Assembly (NCBI RefSeq): GCF_028641065.1
Contig: NW_026576077.1
Span: forward strand, 62,001 to 126,000
Direction of reading: 5' to 3'
Length of the DNA stretch: 64,000 nucleotides
Origin: Leucoraja erinacea
Lineage: Eukaryota
Positions 62,305 to 64,000 of the stretch are shown here, piece by piece (position 1 is the stretch's first letter; each line of letters starts with the position of its first letter). The position numbers and the translations under genes are program-made. The notes under the pieces were generated by a model that saw only the letters and a program-made list of their open reading frames with translations, was not told where the DNA came from and did not search any database.

Positions 62305-64000
62305 CCCCGTCCCGGCCCAGAGTGTCCCCGTCCCGTGTAACACGTGCCGGCCCAGAGTCCCGTCCCGGCCTCTCCCGTCCCCGTCCCGAGTCCCCGTCCC
62401 ATCAGAGTCCCCCCGGCCCCGTGAGTCCCATGTCCCCGTCCCCGGCCCCGTCCCACATTCCCGTCAGTACCCGTCCCCGTCACTGCCCAGAGTCCCCGTC
62501 CTTGTTCCCTATGCAACTGTCCCCAGTCCCCGTCCCGGAGTCCCCGTCCCCCTCCCCGGCCTATAGTACCCCATAAACGGCCCAGAGTCCCCGTCCCCGT
62601 CCCCCCGTGACCTGCGTGGGTTTTCTCCCCAGATCTCCCGGTTTCCTCCCACACTCCCCGTCCCCGTCCCCGTCCCGTGTGCGGGTTTGTCCCCCCCGGT
62701 TAAACAGAGTCCCCGTAAACCGGCCCAGAGTGCCCCTAGTGTGTAGGAGTAGTCCCTAGTGTCCCCCGGAGCCATGATCCCTGGTCGGCCACAGAGTCAG
62801 GGGCCGTCCCCGGCCTGTTTCCCGTCCCGGCCCAGAGTCTAAAGTCTATGTCATTGTGAGTCCCCATGCCAAGTCCCCGTCCCAGTGCCCCCGTCCTGAT
62901 CCCCTTCCCGGTCCCCGTCCGGCCAGAGTCCCCGTCCTGGCCCAGAGTCCCCCCCGTCCCCGTCCCGTCACGTCCAGAGTCCCCGTCCCGGCCCAGTCCC
63001 CCCGTCCCGTCCAGTCCCCGGCCCAGAGTCCCAGTCCCGTCCCAGAGTCCCCGTCCCGGCCCAGAGTCCCCGTCCCCGTCCCGTCCCCCAGTCCCCGTCC
63101 CCGTCCCCGTCCCCGTCCCGGGCCCAGAGTCCCCGTCCCGTCCCCGCCCCCCGTCCCCGTCCCCGTCCCCGTCCCCGTCCCCGTCCCCGTCCCGGCCCGG
63201 CCCAGAGTCCCCGTCCCCGTCCCCGTCCCCGTCCCGGCCCAGTGTCCCCGTCCCGGCCCAGAGTCCCCGTCCCCGTCCCCGTCCCCGTCCCGTCCCCAGA
63301 GTCCCCCGTCCCCGTCCCCGTCCCGTCCCAGAGTCCCCGTCCCCGTCCCCGTCCCGTCCCCGTCCCCCAGAGTCCCCGTCCCCGTCCCCGTCCCGGCCCA
63401 GAGTCCCCGTCCCCGTCCCCGTCCCGGCCCGTCCCCCCCGGCCCAGAGTCCCCGTCCCCGTCCCGTCCCCGTCCCGGCCCCAGTCCCCGTCCCCAGAGTC
63501 CCAGTCCCCGTCCCGGCCCAGAGTCCCCGTCCCGGCCCAGAGTCCCCGTCCCGTCCCCCGGTCCAGAGTCCCCGTCCCGGCCCAGAGTCCCCGTCCCCGT
63601 CCCCGTCCCGGCCCAGAGAGTCCCGTCCCCGTCCCAGGCCCAGAGTCCCCGTCCCCGTCCGGCCCAGAGTCCCCCGTCCCCGTCCCGGCCCAGAGTCCCC
63701 GTCCCGGCCCAGAGTCCCCGTCCCCGTCCCCGTCCCCGTCCCGGCCCAGAGTCCCGTCCCGTCCCAGTCCCCGTCCCGGCCAGAGTCCCCGTCCCCCCGT
63801 CCCCCGTCCCCGTCCCCGTCCCCGGCCCAGAGTCCCCGTCCCCGTCCCCGTCCCCGTCCCCGGCCCAGTGTCCCCGTCCCGGCCCAGAGTCCCCGTCCCC
63901 GTCCCCCCAGAGTCCCCGTCCCCCCGTCCCCGTCCCCGTCCCAGCCCAGAGTCCCCGTCCCCGTCCCCAGAGTCCCCGTCCCCCCAGCCCAGAGTCCCCG
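62305..64000. repeat. (GTCCCC)n / GGCCCAGA GC-rich satellite
   Basis: Direct reading; 62585-62850 is interleaved with SINE-like sequence. Confidence 0.9.

Overview
This is vertebrate genomic DNA, most likely from a cartilaginous fish (skate/ray-like). The repeat landscape is dominated by CR1-clade LINE 3' fragments with (TTTCTATG)n tails, tRNA-headed HE1/V-SINE-like SINEs, Rex1/Babar-like LINE tails and Penelope-derived palindromes; there are also several N gaps and error-prone GC-rich stretches. Most ORFs in the track are LINE fragments or low-complexity artefacts. Reading splice sites by hand shows five genes. (1) A partly garbled HES7-like bHLH gene (+, ~10.3-14 kb) with RBPJ/TCF/T-box/TATA promoter motifs and T-box/TCF-rich unique islands upstream. 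(2) An intact tRNA-Leu(TAG) just downstream of it. (3, 4) Two tandem, strongly diverged NKL-class homeobox genes on the minus strand with NANOG-like homeodomains and the NANOG-like intron between residues 44 and 45. Gene A (38431-25706) has 5 exons and an intact 466-aa frame; gene B (21887-17885) has 4 exons and two 1-nt frame problems as assembled. (5) The 5' half of an RNF167-like PA-domain/RING ligase gene (+), starting from a tandem-repeat CpG island head-to-head with gene A. HES7, tRNA-Leu(TAG) and RNF167 are human 17p13 markers, whereas NANOG lies on the paralogous 12p13. The main hypothesis is therefore a tandem pair of NANOG-family paralogues/ohnologues retained in cartilaginous fish. 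No searches were run; identities rest on motif recognition.
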